Source: Lytechinus pictus (Eukaryota). From it: a stretch of DNA of 64,000 nucleotides. The notes beneath the pieces were generated by a model. The model was not told the origin of the DNA, made no database searches, and saw only the letters and a list, made by a program, of their open reading frames with translations. Made by a program: the position numbers and the translations under genes. Location of the stretch: NCBI RefSeq assembly GCF_037042905.1, contig NC_087250.1, positions 22,260,001 through 22,324,000 of the forward strand, read 5' to 3'. Positions 49,012 through 62,821 of this stretch are shown here, in pieces (within the stretch, counting starts at the first letter, position 1; each line of letters begins with the position of its first letter).

Positions 49012-50861
49012 GTAAGTTTTTCTCTCTTCTTTTTGTTCATACCTATCTCTTTATAAACTCGATGGTTTAAATTGCATCTGATGGATGTATATTTAAAACA
49101 ATTAATAAAATTACCTAATGCAAAGCAGAGCGATTTTCAAGTGGTATTATATTGGACCGTATGGTGTTTGTGAAGTTACTCAAGACATAACGAACGACTG
49201 GAAAATGGTGTTAGGTTTAAAGTTTAAAGTGCGTATAAAAAAAACATTTAAATTCAAGTCTATCCAAAATTTGTTTCAAATTGTGATGTCTATATTTTGA
49301 GTTTAATAGATTCTTTGAAGTCTTATTTTTCAAATGCCATTAAGAAATAAGTTTCGTTCGTGCTTGAGCGAACACATAACGTTTTTGTCCGGGGTTCAAA
49401 AGAGAGGTTTGCGCCAAAATTGCAGAAAATGAGAAATATGATCATCAGACTTCTTGCTTATCAGCAGACTTCATCATTTCCATTTTCTTTCCCATAATTT
49501 TCTAATTATGCTTTCAAAATTCATTTTGAAATCCAATTATTTACTTGAATTATTTTGCTGTTTTAAATACGTTATATTTTATCATTGAATATTCCATCAT
49601 AAGTAATAACAAACAATGTCAACCCAAGTATTAAGGGGATTTGCATTATAAAAGGGAAAGCGTGTAATTTATTCAAATCCTTTCATTGTGTGCTACAACT
49701 TTTGAAAGACTTAAAAATTGTCAGGGTTTTTTTTATACGCAATGTGTTGGGACCTTGATAAGGTCCCAAGTTATGAGTTAAGTCATTGTAACTTGCGAAC
49801 AGCCTTATTAAATATCATAGCGGGGCCAAGTATTGAAGTAGCGTCCTTTCCGACTTTTGACGACATGCAAAACAGCCCCCCCCCCCCCCCGGTAGGCTAC
49901 ACCAAACGGTATTTTCAGGGAAAAGCCAAATATCACAAATTAAAAATAAAAATGCAATTGAAACGTAAAGATGGAAGGATAACAATGAATGTGTATCCGT
50001 TCAATTAGACATTGTGAATTTTGTGAAAAAGAAATGTACGTTTTAAAAAAATTTAGGGTGACAATCACCCCTGCCACCTCTGCATAACCTTTAAATATAT
50101 ATATATATATATATATTAAACATGAGAATAGCAATCGTAATTCTTTGCGTATTAGTCCTCTGTAAATTATAAGTTATAAGAACGTGAAAAAAATCGGATA
50201 TGAAAATTTAAATCCTTGTAACTCGCCAATTAATCATCTGATACAAATGATCTAAATCTTCCTTGCGAAATGACTTAGCATTTAGTGGATATTAAGTGGT
50301 GTCTGATATGAACTTTGGAATGTGACCAAGATTGGAAAAAATCGAATATCCTTGAGTAAGCTTTCCTTCTTTACCTGCCATTGTCATGATTGTTATCATA
50401 CATGTATGTAACTGATAATTTTCTCAAGGATATATTTCGGATAAATGCCAGTTGTGGTAACTATTTCAACTAGAATCCAACATAATGACCACCCTAGTGC
50501 CTGTATGTATGAACTAAAATATGCTAAAGGATTCTTGAAGGATTTGTGTAATTGCTGAGAAAGAAGCAAAATAATTATGACATTTCACCAGAATGTGGGG
50601 TCTCTTTCTAAGCAATCATAATAATGATACACTTTTCCTCAAGTGATCTGTGCTGGCGATCTTCCGTGTGATCGTTTTTCAGCTTAAAATTCATGATATC
50701 ACAAAGCTTATCTTATGTCACTGTAGGCCCTACTGTATATCAGGAGTCCGTTTCATAAAGAGTTACAACTGTTGTAACTTTGCCATTATGGCAACTACCA
50801 TGGTATTCTTGATTTTGATTGGCTGCTGAGCCCCGTTTCCATATCTCTGGAGGAGCCGTGG

Positions 50862-51218
50862 AGGAGCCGTGGTGTAGTGGTTCTGACTCTCGCCTTGTAA
50901 ACAGAGGGTCGTGTGTTCGAATCCCACCTCGGTCTGGTGTCCTTTGGCAAGGCGTTAATCCACACTTTGCCACTCTCGACCCAGGTGCTAAATGGGTACC
51001 CGATAGGATGTGAAAGTCATTGTAGCTTGTCCAGTACTGTGTGCGCCTCACCGGCGACTGACTGGAATACTCCCCAAGGAGTGGAGGATGTGCACACATT
51101 GTGTGCGGGAATGACTGATTGAATCCGATGACCGGGGTAATAATATATCTGTAAAGCGCTTAGACACGTCGTTCCGATGCATTAAGCGCTATATAAAAAA
51201 CGGATTATTATTATTATT
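50862..51218 (+). mobile_element. Full-length tRNA-derived SINE with Nin/Deu-like core
   Basis: A box GTGGTGTAGTGG, B box GTTCGAATCCC, CACTCTCGACCCAGGTG core, (TTA)n tail. Confidence 0.85.
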
Positions 51219-51319
51219 GTATAATTATTTTGTATCAAGTTTTGAGATACTCAAATTTAATATATGCAATTGTCTAGTCTTTATGGATCAATCAAACGGA
51301 CTTACATCATTAAGCTACG

Positions 51320-51490
51320 GGATGTGCCGTGGCCGAGTGGTGTAAGGCGCCTGAGTATACATGAAATGTCCGGGGTTCGAACCCCGGCCTCGCCCGTGAG
51401 CAAGGCATTTAATCGACAATGCTCTTTTATCCTGGATATAAATAAATGGAAATGCCATAAGTATTCATGGTCGTTAGGTGTACGCTTTTT
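51320..51490 (+). mobile_element. tRNA-derived SINE
   Basis: GTGGCCGAGTGG and GGTTCGAACCCC boxes, non-tRNA body shared with 36405-36600. Confidence 0.65.
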
Positions 51491-53196
51491 TTAATATATA
51501 TGTATATATGTATTCTTTCCAGCAGTTCCTTTTTTATCAGTTTTTTTTTGTGTGTGTGTGTTATATTTGGCCTTACTAATATTTTTACAGTAATAAAATC
51601 GAAGTGAGAAGAATTAATAAATCTATATCAGTTTAACCAATATCTACATTCGTAGGGGTTTCATAAACATAACCATTCGTCGGCATTTATTTGACTCGAT
51701 CAAAGAGTGGGTTCGATAGAGATCGATATGATTCGAATATCATTTTAGCATATCCTTTTCGGACCTTATGCAATTTCTATACACTTTATTTATACCTTTA
51801 TGCAACCAAAAAACGAATTATTGCATAAAAATCAAAGTTATAAAAGGCATATTAGACTCACCGCATCCTCTTGTAGGGAGTGGGTGGATCTGCCTGACTT
51901 TATGAGGGAAAAAGAATTTCTTCGTCATTTTTTTTGTAATTTATCGTTTTTATATAAAAAAAATCAAATGTAGATAATTGTTTTAAAAGATAGATTCATT
52001 CAAAATGAAAAAAAAATTAATAAAAAGATAGAAAGGAACTGTTCATCATTTTGTTTATATTTACATTTAGAAAAGTGAATAAAAACAAGGAGACACAAAA
52101 AAGTTTCTCTCGCCTTATCAAAACTAATTTGATATTTTTTTATTGGTCGCTACGCTCCCTCGCTTCATCATTATTTTTTTTTTTTTACCCGGGAGGCTGA
52201 TATTGCAGACATAAAATCCCAGCTCCTTAGTCAGTATAGACACCCATCTGCCCCCGATAGGCAATTTTTTTATTGAAATGACAAGTTAAAAAAGTTTTAC
52301 AACCCCTGAAAACCTCCCCCACCCCCAAAAAGGAGAAAATAGTCTGTTACCGCCCCTGAATGTAAACTTCATAGCTGATACAATGGTAATAAACCTGTAC
52401 CACTGGCTACCGTCTCGATTGATAATAGGCCTTTATCTAAACTAATGTTTGTAATGTGATACGGGCCAACTATATGTACATTCTCATTATCTTCATTCGG
52501 TTTGTCATTCACATCAGTGGTCTGCAAGCAGTGTGCTTCCTTCTCAAATGGTCTAATGTCGGTGACACGACATTTGCTCCTGCGATTTTTTATATTTCAG
52601 AAGGCATAGCCATGTGGTTAGAGTTAGGATTGTAATAGGGTGCTTTGGTAGAGAGTAATGTAAAGATAAGGATTAGGGTTTGTTTTAGTTATGGAGGTTA
52701 GATTTTATGTTTGGTTTAACGTGCAGATTTTCCATCGGAGCTATTGTCGCCGGAGCAAATGTCATGGAACCCTAAGTCAATTTGGATTAATTGCCGTTTG
52801 GTTCAAATTATACAACATACGTCTAATTTCACCTTAGTCTGTATAATTTAGTCTAATTTAATTTTGGTCTAATTTCCACTTCATCTAAAAAATATGTTGC
52901 ACTTTGTCAAATAAGCATATTTTGCAGCATCAACATTTGATCTTACATTAAATATAGACCAATTATTGATACATGAAATGAGTTTAGCCAAAATTCAATG
53001 AATATTTAAATTAGCTAAGTGACAATACCAATGGTTTGCAGACTAATTGGTTGGAGATTTACCAGAATTTGACCAAGGGCGATTATATATACCAACGGAA
53101 AGTAAACATAGCGGATGGAGACAAACTGGCTTTTATTCATACATGCATGCTGGATATGCTAGGGGAGCATGGTGGAGATGCCCATAGTTATATCAG

Positions 53197-53353
53197 GGGC
53201 CCGTTTCATAAAAGACTTGCAACTGTTGTAACTTTGCCATTATGGTAACTACCATGGTAACAGGGCTCAGCAGCCAATCATAATCAAGGTTTCCATGGTA
53301 GTTGCCATAATGGCAAAGTTACAACAGTTGCAAGTCCTTTATGAAACGGGCCC
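53197..53353. mobile_element. Palindromic Harbinger-like MITE
   Basis: GGGCCCGTTTCATAAA TIRs with CWG flanks; relatives at 61536-61692 and 50744-50840. Confidence 0.8.
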
Positions 53354-53356
53354 CTG

Positions 53357-54239
53357 GGCCCCGTCTTATACGAAGAGTTAAGATTGATCATATCAACTCA
53401 ACTGTATGAAAATCCATCCATACCATAATCTTTTCAGCAAGTAATTTGAAAAGTCTTCTTGGTAAACAAAGAGAGTCACACTGAATCTCCAAGAGAACGA
53501 TGAATGTATGAATATACATCATATCTAGAAAATATTTTGAGCAAATTTGTATTTTAGATGTTGGCGTTTAGTTGCTGGCTTTCCAAGTTTTGGTTGATTG
53601 GATCAATAGAGTTTTAGGAGCAGTGGACGTAAACGACGTAGCAGTCCTCTGATCGTTCGAGTGAACGTCGTCGTCTGCCCTCGTTCACTACAGATAGGAT
53701 GACTTTAGATTTCACTCGACTTGTACGTGTACGTACGTCCACATGAAACAGTGGGTCATGTTACGCTGCCCGACCCGGAAGATCTGGCGCACCATCGCCT
53801 GGCGACCCGGTCGGGTGATGCGAAGGTGCAACTTGTGCACATGTGCCCTTTCACTTGCTTTGATTCCTTTTTACGCGAGTTAGGATATATATCGATGTAT
53901 ATTTTAGAGATCAGAAAGCAATTTCAAATATGATAAACATAATGCATCGTACAACTTACATTAATTTTGTGAAAAGTCACTGAAAACTGTGTTTTAAAAG
54001 GGAAAGGTTCATCTTCATGCTGGGCTTGAACGGTTAAAATGACGTCACTCACGTGCACGTCGTCTATGATTTAGGAGAACCGCAAAGTGGATGTGGCGAG
54101 GTTCTCGATTCTGATAGTGGACATGTGCGAGGACCTGAGGCATATGGAACGCCAAAAAATGACGTCATCTCGTACCAGTCCACTATGTGGACGTACATTT
54201 CTAAAAGTGCTCAATGGTAACCCTTTGTAAGACGGAGCC
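53357..54239. mobile_element. Harbinger-like MITE with a nested insertion (~53608-54212)
   Basis: GGC(C/T)CCGTCTTA ends; inner element bounded by TTTTAG inverted ends and an AAT duplication. Confidence 0.6.
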
Positions 54240-56606
54240 TAGGAAAGTGAGTCTTGTTATACCGATGTACATAATGTACGACGCCAAAGCAAAATGCTAT
54301 AAGGGTAGCTTTTCTATCCTGGTAGAGGTCTGATACATGTGTGGTGAGTTTTTTTTATGACAAGAAAGACAGGAAAAAATATATGTTAAAATTTAAAAAA
54401 AATGAACATAAAATAAAAAATTTAAAACCTTGTTTTCTAATTTTTAAGCCCTTGCTGAATTTCGTCTGCATTCATTGAAGTACTTGTGATGGTTATTGTC
54501 AATTTTAACATATTATATATCACTTTAAAACTTAGGAAGTGAATTTCCAAACTCAATAAAAATCTCAATATTCATTGTGATCGACTTATTGTTGGTTTTG
54601 GGGTGGCAGGTCACAATTATTTCTAAGATATATCTAAATACTGTTTAAGCGTCTTTTCTCCCTGTGCGATGCATTATTTTTCATAAGGAGCCAATTGTAA
54701 ACAGTTAACTATGATTTTAACTGGATAATCATTATATTACGTATCATTTACGCAGAAATTGAAAAAAATATTAATGAGGGGTTTATTTTTGACAAATAAA
54801 AATATTACCTGTGATAAGGCGCTTTGGGCAAATCACTGGCTGGTTGCACGTCATTTCGGTTTTAGTAGACTGAAAACGGTAACCTTTTAAGATCGAATAC
54901 CATCGTCACCACTGGAGGATCCAGGGGGGGCAAAGCCAGCCCCGTGCCCCCTCCCCTTTGAGATGCATAATTATAATGTAAAAATGCTGTTAAAACAGAA
55001 GTGTAGCCCCCCCCCCCCCCCCTTGAAAGTGAAGACCTTTTTTTTTTGCTTATCTAATTTTTACTCGGGAGAATGTGCCCCCCCCCCCCTCTCCTTTTGG
55101 AAAATCCTGGATCCGCCCCCTGATCGTCACAATGTTGAACCAAGGAGATAATGCTTTCCAAACAATTATGTATGCTTAATAAATCAGTCGTGTACCAGGT
55201 ACGACCTTTTAATGCCGGTGCTTGCTTTTACGACGACCGAATAGTCAGCGTCGTTATTATTTAAATGTTTTACAAGGAAAGATTGGCAAATTATGATTGA
55301 ATAACGCGCAATCTGGCCTATGGCCGCAGGCCCGTTTATAAATTTAAACCCATTTGTAGATCACTTACATTATCATTTTCCTTTATTTGATATCATTATT
55401 TATATAATTCGGTATATAGGTTTCTTTTTTCTTTCTGTTTTTCTTTATTCATTTATATTTTTATCTTAAGTCATTTACCATTTAAGTTAAATTACTGTTT
55501 TACACAGTCATGCAAAGACAGCAATATCGAAGAGAATACTATTATTTTTTATCAATTCGTCTAATTTATATTAATATATACATAATAATTATATAGTATA
55601 TTCTTTTAAATAGCCCGACTTATATCGGGAAAGACTCATTTCAAAATATTCAATCATAATCAATGATAAAATATGATAGTACTTAAAATATATTTAATGC
55701 ACTTTTTGGCGAAGACTCTGTGCACTTTGCACAATATCAAATAATAATAAACACCTGAAATGAACATGTTTGATAAATGATTTACAAATGATCAAATCAT
55801 GAGTCAAGGTGTAGATTGTATATGTGTGAATATGTGATGAACGTCATATACATTTATCTTTGTATATTGTTGTTTTTTCCATTCCTCATCCCAGAAAGTT
55901 GCAGGACAGGCTAAAAATGAAATACTTATATTATAGAAAGTATTTATTCTGTTATTTGTATTACGTGGTGATTGTCATATCAGTTGCACCAAGCTGACTA
56001 CTGGTCTAGTCAATTTGACTGATTCGTTTTAAGAGTGTAAGAAAGTTAGTATAACTATAATGCTATATAACATTTAACTAAACATTTTCAATATTTATCA
56101 CGCATACACCCTAACAATAGCTAATGACGATTGAAATGGTAAATTCAAGTTATTTCCTGTGTAAAAATGAATTTGTATATTTATAGAAGTTCATTATGTA
56201 TCAAATGTTTGGTATGTGAAATCTGAAAATCGCATTGAAACAGCCATGGGTGCATGTCCAAGAGCTTCAGGACGCCCGTTCTCAATGTCATTTTCAATTT
56301 ATATCTTTAATCATTTTAATGAAATGAAATTAAACAAGGGAAACGCAAAACGCTCAAAAACATGTCTTAAGGACATAAGTATAAAAAGCACAGCAAACAG
56401 GCGATCAAGCTAATAGATCAATAAATCTGGAAGTAAGAGTTATATAAAGTTATACTTGTGCATTCCAAATAAAACAAAAAGAAATAGCAACTGGTTCTTA
56501 TCATCAAGGTCAACATGATAATGGAAAACATTAATCCCAACAAGAGCACCCTAAAGCAAAGTGATGTGCGCTAAACTGTACGGCTGAAAAGTTGCGTAAA
56601 ATTAAA

Positions 56607-57188
56607 AGGACAAGTCTACCCCAACAAAAAATTGATTTGAATAAACAGAGAAAAATCCAACAAGCATAACACTGAAAATTTCATCAAAAGTGGATGTAAA
56701 ATAAGAAAGTTATGACATTTTAAAATTTCGCTTAATTCCGCAAAACAGTTATAAGCACATCCTGGTCGGTATGCAAATGAGGATACTGATGACGTCATCC
56801 ACTCACTATTTATTTTGTATTTTATTATATGAAATATGAAATATTCAAATTTTCTCCTCATTGTCAAGTGAAACAACGATTAATTCCTCCCTGAACATGT
56901 GGAATTAGCATTGTTTAACACTATATGGTGCCGTCAAGTTGATCCTTCTTGTCAAATCTGCGAAAAATGAATGTATTATTCAAACAATAAAAAACAAAAT
57001 AAATAGTGAGTGACGGACATCATCAGCTCTCTCATTTGCATGCCACTAAGTTGTGCATATCACTGTTTTGTGCAAAATGCCATAACTTTCTTATTTTACG
57101 TCCGATTTTGATGAAACTTTCAGTCTTATGCTAGTTTGTTTTTTCTCTATTTATTCAAATTAACATTTTTCTGGAGTGGACTTGACCT
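56607..57188. mobile_element. Kolobok-like MITE
   Basis: AGG(A/T)CAAGTC ends, TTAA flanks, long inverted arms; partial copies at 22741-23075 and 46270-46443. Confidence 0.75.
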
Positions 57189-57336
57189 TTAAGTACGAAC
57201 ACGTGACTTGCAAACGCACTTACTTTTGGTTACATCATTGCACCGTGTTATGATGTGTCATCATAAAATGGCGAAATGCTCGCATTGATAATCTTTACAA
57301 TATAAAGTTGTTTTTTATTTTTATTTTTTATTATAG

Positions 57337-57477
57337 CTTTTGGTCAGTTTGACTGTGACTTCGATTCAGGGTTATGTGGATGGACTCAAGATAGCACCGA
57401 TTCGTTCGATTGGACCCTGTTATCTGGATCTACCATATCAGCCGATACAGGACCAAGTTCAGATCACACGACCGGAA
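57337..57477 (+). CDS. MAM-domain gene exon ([46 protein letters not shown])
   Basis: Canonical MAM N-terminus CDF-xxx-CGW-Q-xxD-FDW...TGP-xDHT; AG acceptor and GTAAGT donor. Confidence 0.93.
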
Positions 57478-58162
57478 GTAAGTGACGTATCCCTTCCTTC
57501 TATGAATATTCATGAGTAGTGTGAATTAAAGTGTAGTCACGTGGTAAATCTTATCAAAAAACATTCACTGGTAGATCATCATCTTAACATTATCCATCGT
57601 ATTACAAAAAAATGCTGATTGAACAAAGTATGCTGATTGAACAAAGTATGCTGCTTGAATAAATATAACCAAAAAAAATTATTTCGTCAATAACATTACA
57701 AACTTATAGCTGCGTGGGAGCGTGTTCATGTGAGTGTGTCTTATTATTCTTTTTGGTGACCAATGTAGTTGTGTTGTTTTAAATAGAAAATATCGTATAT
57801 AAAAGATGCATTATTAGATATCTTAGCTTTATAATATTCAAATATATTGATATAAAAGGGCGTAGGCTTGGGTTACGCAGCATGTGCACGTGCATCCATC
57901 CGCTGGGCAGAGGAGTCCCGACACTGGCAAGCAAAACGAAATTTGTCACGATTCTTCTGATTGCAACAGTTGATTTTCCAAACTTAAGTTCAACCCCCCC
58001 CCCCCCCCCCCATACCCCTTTAGTTCCACCTCCCTAGGATGTCCATTCCAAATGCTCAAACCAGCCTACGCTCTTGATATATTGTTTGAAGAAAAGTATG
58101 TTTTTAAAAAGCATACTGTTTGAAAAACGTCAATGACTGAAAAATATATATTTATTATACAG

Positions 58163-58401
58163 GTGGACAGTATGCATACATCGAGACATCAAGCCCCAGA
58201 GTTCCGGGGGAGAACGCACGTCTGACAAGCCCCTATAACCAGGTCGTCGCAGGCGGCACAAAATGCCTTCGATTCTATTACCACATGTACGGGGCGACCA
58301 TGGGCACTTTCAATATCTATGTGTCGAAGGTCGGGGACCCCTTGGGTAACCCCGTCTTCCAGATGATAGGGACTCAAGGAGACGAGTGGAATATTGGACA
58401 G
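58163..58401 (+). CDS. MAM-domain gene exon (GQYAYIETSSPRVPGENARLTSP...CLRFYYHMYGATMGTFNIYV...GTQGDEWNIGQ)
   Basis: Canonical MAM core (YIE-S, ARL-SP, CL-FYYHMYG, QG--W). The MAM C-terminal strands were not found in the window, so the gene probably continues. Confidence 0.93.
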
Positions 58402-60275
58402 GTAAGAATTTTTATTTTTGTATTCATTATCGATTCGGACCGGCTTTATTTTTTGTTGTTTAAACAATGCTCATTCTTTATCAACTTGGGCATCTTGCAA
58501 ACTGAGAACAAGTTTATTTTATTAATATCAAACACCCACACCCGCACACACACCCCCTCACACACATCCTCACACCTTCTTTTTTTTTTTTTTTTACAAA
58601 AAAAGATTACAAATCTTCATTTTATATCAACAAGGATATGCAAAAAATAAAATACATATATATTTACCAAAAACTGAAGCAAATAAGGACGGAATGAAAT
58701 TCCTTAAAATTATACTTTTATATCTATAGAAAAAAATTACTTAACTGAGCCCCCAACCCTCTGTGTATTTTAATGATAATTAATAATAAATGACTGAATG
58801 ATACCCTCTCCCATACACATACACACCCTCACACAAACACACCCTCTCCCACACACACACACTCACACACCGAATTTCTCCTTCCTTTAAGTTGTGTTCT
58901 CTGCGGCTATTTTCTCTCCTCCCCTCTTTTATCCATTTAAATCAAAATAACGAGAAGAGTGAATATTAATTAAACGCTATGATCAACTGAATAAATGAAT
59001 TAATAATTAAACTAGGCGATTTCTTTTATTTTAATTAATAAAGAAAATAAATCATTCAAAATAAATAAAACTGCTAAAACAAATATATGAAGCATATTAT
59101 AACAAAACGATGAAAAGTTCAACTTTACAGAACTAACAATGATATGATGACGGAAAAACAATACATTTTTAAATATGACGGGCAGCATCCCCCCACCTCC
59201 CCCCAAATAAATTAATTAAATAAATAAATTTCTAAAAAATAATTATAATAGAAAAACGTAATCAATCGGTTGATTCAGTTGAGAGCTTATAATAACGGAT
59301 GTATAGAAAGAATACGATTTTGACACAAGTTCTTTACTTTTTTTCTATTCTTACACATAAGTATTTGACTACCTCCGCCATCAATTGTTTAGCATAAATG
59401 AACATAACTCGTTAACAATATCAAAATCGAAACAGATCGAGATAAATCAATCATAAATGTTATTGAAACGTTGCAGTTATGAAAGTAGTGTTAGGGTTTA
59501 AAGCTAGAGAACAATGTTATAATTATACATGACAGGTTAATACGACTATCAGTTAGCAATTACATTGAGGTTTAGCCTTGAATTCTCGATGGCTGATTAT
59601 AGATTTACATCCCGTTTACGTTCTGTACACATTCCTTTGTAAGATAATTATAGCAAGCAGCGTATATGCTGAGGCCTATCCTAAGATGACCTCTTATCTT
59701 ACTTTATTTCTGTCGTTTATCTTTCTTTCTCTATTCTCTTCTCCCTCTTCAACTCTAAAAAATAATGGGTAAAAGTGCTCCATGAGGGTAATTAGGTGTC
59801 CAAACAACATTTGGGCATTTCTTTTGGGGCATTTTGATTTATCCAGTGTGGTGAAAATTTTGCTAATTCTAAAGTAATTGATGCTTATTTTCTTACCTTA
59901 CTAGACAATATGGTTCCCGCATTTAATTGGGTAACATACTGCCCCAAATTGGTTGAACACATAATGCATGTAATTACCCTCGTGCTGGTTAAAATTTACA
60001 CAATATTTGTTCACAGTGTAACACTCTCTTACATCTTCTCTCTTTCCTCCCCCTCCTCTCCTTTTCTCCTACCCCTCCCCATCCCTCCCTCTCTACACCT
60101 CTCTCTCTCAATCTCCTCTGTTATTCGTCCCTCTCATCACATTCCAATTTTCTTCCATCATCCTCTCCTTTTTTATCTTTCTTTCATATACCTCTCCACC
60201 TCTCCCTCACTCTATGATGTCTGCATTTGAAAATAGTCACGTTATGAGTATAGTCGAATCAGCTCTTGATGCTTA

Positions 60276-60322
60276 CTAGTATCCGATGCAGAAGTCTTGG
60301 TAATCGCCACTGGGAATATGAC
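60276..60322 (-). CDS. Terminal exon of the same gene (GHIPSGDYQDFCIGY*)
   Basis: ttttttgtgacag acceptor, phase 1 matching the 62142 donor, TAG followed by TAA. Confidence 0.65.
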
Positions 60323-60439
60323 CTGTCACAAAAAAACAAAGAAGAAAAAACAACACAAAAAATAATTATGCAAAATGTAATTAAATAGGGATTGAGCTCT
60401 TTCTCTTGACCATTGACCTACGCGGGAATTAAAGGTTAA

Positions 60440-61021
60440 AGGGGAATGAAACCATTGGAACAAGCGGGCTTGTGTGGAAAGAGAAAAATTAAAGAATAAG
60501 ATCAAAAAAAGTTTTAGAAAAATCATACAAATAATAAGAAATTTATGAGCATTTGAATATTACGATCACTAATGCTATTGAGATCCTCCCATTGGCAATG
60601 CGACAAAGATGTGTGATGTCACATGTGAACAACTTTCCCTGTGAGGGACTTTAAAATACTCCTAAAATTTAATTTTTGCTCTTTCTCATAGTGATACAAA
60701 CTCTTTATCCATAATGTATTCTTTAAAAATCCATACTACATGCCCTCTTTAAAGAAAGAATACATGATATATTGATAGATGTGATAAAAGAGGCAGTTTA
60801 AGTGAAATGTACAGAAAAGTAATGGGAAAGTTGTTCACAAGTGACATCACACATCTTTGTCGCATTGCCAATGGAGGATCTACATTATGATAATGATCTA
60901 AACTTCAAATGCTCATAGCTTTCTTATTATTTATTCAATTTTTCTCAAACTTTTGTTAATCTTTTTCTTTGATTTTTCTGTTTTAACACAAGCTATCTTG
61001 TTTCAAAGGTTTCATTTTCCT
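60440..61021. mobile_element. Kolobok-like palindromic MITE in the last intron of the SBP-like gene
   Basis: AGG...CCT ends, TTAA TSD (60436-60439 and 61022-61025), long inverted arms. Confidence 0.8.
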
Positions 61022-61535
61022 TTAAAATCCAACGAACATAGAGATCATCGACAGTTTGTTTGCAAAGTATAGACGCCCTCTACGTTCGTTGTTAAAAAAA
61101 ATGAATGATGTACATGCCCGTGACGTAAAGTATCAAACAAAAAGTTCCACTTCAAACGGTTGCTCCTCATATGCAATCACAGTCAAAATTTAGTAAACAA
61201 TACTAGTAGCTGAAAACTTCGTGTCTGACTTGTGTGTGTTGTCCCTCATCATGCTCATACTTTTACCTGTGCTAGACCCCATTTCCAATCATTTAATTGA
61301 ACTTCTAATTTGACTAGTTCTTCCATCATCCATCATTTTTCCCGTCAAATGCAATCCTTTAACCCATATCATTTTATGAACCCCTCTCCTAACCCCATCT
61401 AAACATCCATCCATATCTTTCGCATGAGCATGCCTCTAAGCCATTGTATAATTTGGGCCCTTTCGCTGAAACGGAGACTCTTTTTCTTGATTCTTGAATC
61501 ATCCCTTCAACTTAACGTGGAACTCTTGACTCCAG

Positions 61536-61692
61536 GGGCGAGTTTCATAAAGAACTTGCCACTGTTGTAACTTTTCCATAATGGCCACCAGCATGGTAAC
61601 CTTGATTTTGATTGGCTGCTGAGCCCTGCTGCAATGGTAGTTGTCATTATGGCAAAGTTACAAAAGTTGTAAGTCCTTTATGAAACGGGCAC
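61536..61692. mobile_element. Palindromic Harbinger-like MITE
   Basis: Same family as 53197-53353. Confidence 0.75.
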
Positions 61693-62141
61693 CTGGGTTA
61701 CCTTTACAGTTGCTTGTTAGTATCATTACGCCCTGTGTTTCCGAAGCTATACCCCAAACATCGGTGGCATTCATTCCTAAATCTGAACTCGCCTGCAATC
61801 ACGACAATACTACAGCTGGATAAAGTATCGGGACGAGATACCATAAATCAAGGAATTTAAGACCCTCTTCACTTGTTATGCACCACTTGGAACAGGGACA
61901 TATTATGGCGAATGCGAAGCGCCATCATAATTTTTTGGAGCTACATACTGAAGAGAATACCTTGATAATATGAATACAGAACGACGTCACATAGGCCTAC
62001 ACATTATAGTGTCAACTCTGTTTTTTTTTTTGGGGGGGGGATTTTCCGGAATTTCCTAGATTTATTCATTATCATGATTGCATGTTTAATTGAAGTAATT
62101 TAACATAATCACATAATTACACGATTGGAATGATTAATTAC

Positions 62142-62358
62142 CATGGCGTTCATTGATGGAGTCGCAGATTTCGTTATAGCGCCCTCTGTCATTGAGTAGT
62201 TGGAATGCGTCGTTCCACCATTTGACCAAATCGGTGTTAGTATGTCGTGTCATAACTGACCCACCAGCAGCTCTGCAATTATTCTCGAAGTCCGGTGGTG
62301 AGATGCGTTTCAATGAGGAGGTGAAAGCTCCAAGAACTTCACCAAACGCCACATCAAC
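62142..62358 (-). CDS. Penultimate exon of a solute-binding-protein family 3 (PBP type 2)-like gene
   Basis: VDVAFGEVLG...GGSVMTRHTNTDLVKWWNDAFQLLNDRGRYNEICDSINERH resembles the SBP_bac_3 C-terminal pattern (G---RK-N--L---IN-AL--L---G-Y--I); AG acceptor and G|GTAATT donor. Confidence 0.7.
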
Positions 62359-62503
62359 CTTACATGAAAACAAGGGGGAAAAACATGAACTAGCTAGAAG
62401 AAACTATGGAAGAATTGTTTACATGATTTCCCCGATGATTTCGGCTGAATTATTTTCGATTGCCTCCTCGAAGATGGTATGGGATACAATAAAGCTATAC
62501 TCC

Positions 62504-62821
62504 AGCCGCTGGTGTAGCGGTCGATACGGTGCTAGGCAGATACGGTTCTAGGAACACTATCTGCCGGCGGATCGGCAACTCCAGCGGATTCAGAACCAAT
62601 TTCTCCGGCGGATATCGTTCTTGCTATCGTCTCTCGATCGGCATACACACGGTACAAATTTCCTTCAAATTTATATAGGACCTACCATATTTATTTATCT
62701 ATTTTGATAGGAAAATGAATAATAAGAAAATCAAACCGCAGCAACCAGACAGATATGGATATATGGTTCCGAGGAAAGAACGATATCTGCCGGTGGAACC
62801 AGATCTGCCGCTACACCGGCT
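62504..62821. mobile_element. Small TIR element (GGTGTAGCGG ends)
   Basis: GGTGTAGCGG / CCGCTACACC inverted ends with internal GATATCTGCCGG repeats. Confidence 0.55.

Noticed and set aside
50862..50935. tRNA-like sequences here and at about 3100-3173, 20170-20241 and 51320-51390
   Set aside because: They lack a proper acceptor stem or terminator and continue into SINE cores, so they are SINE heads and not tRNA genes.
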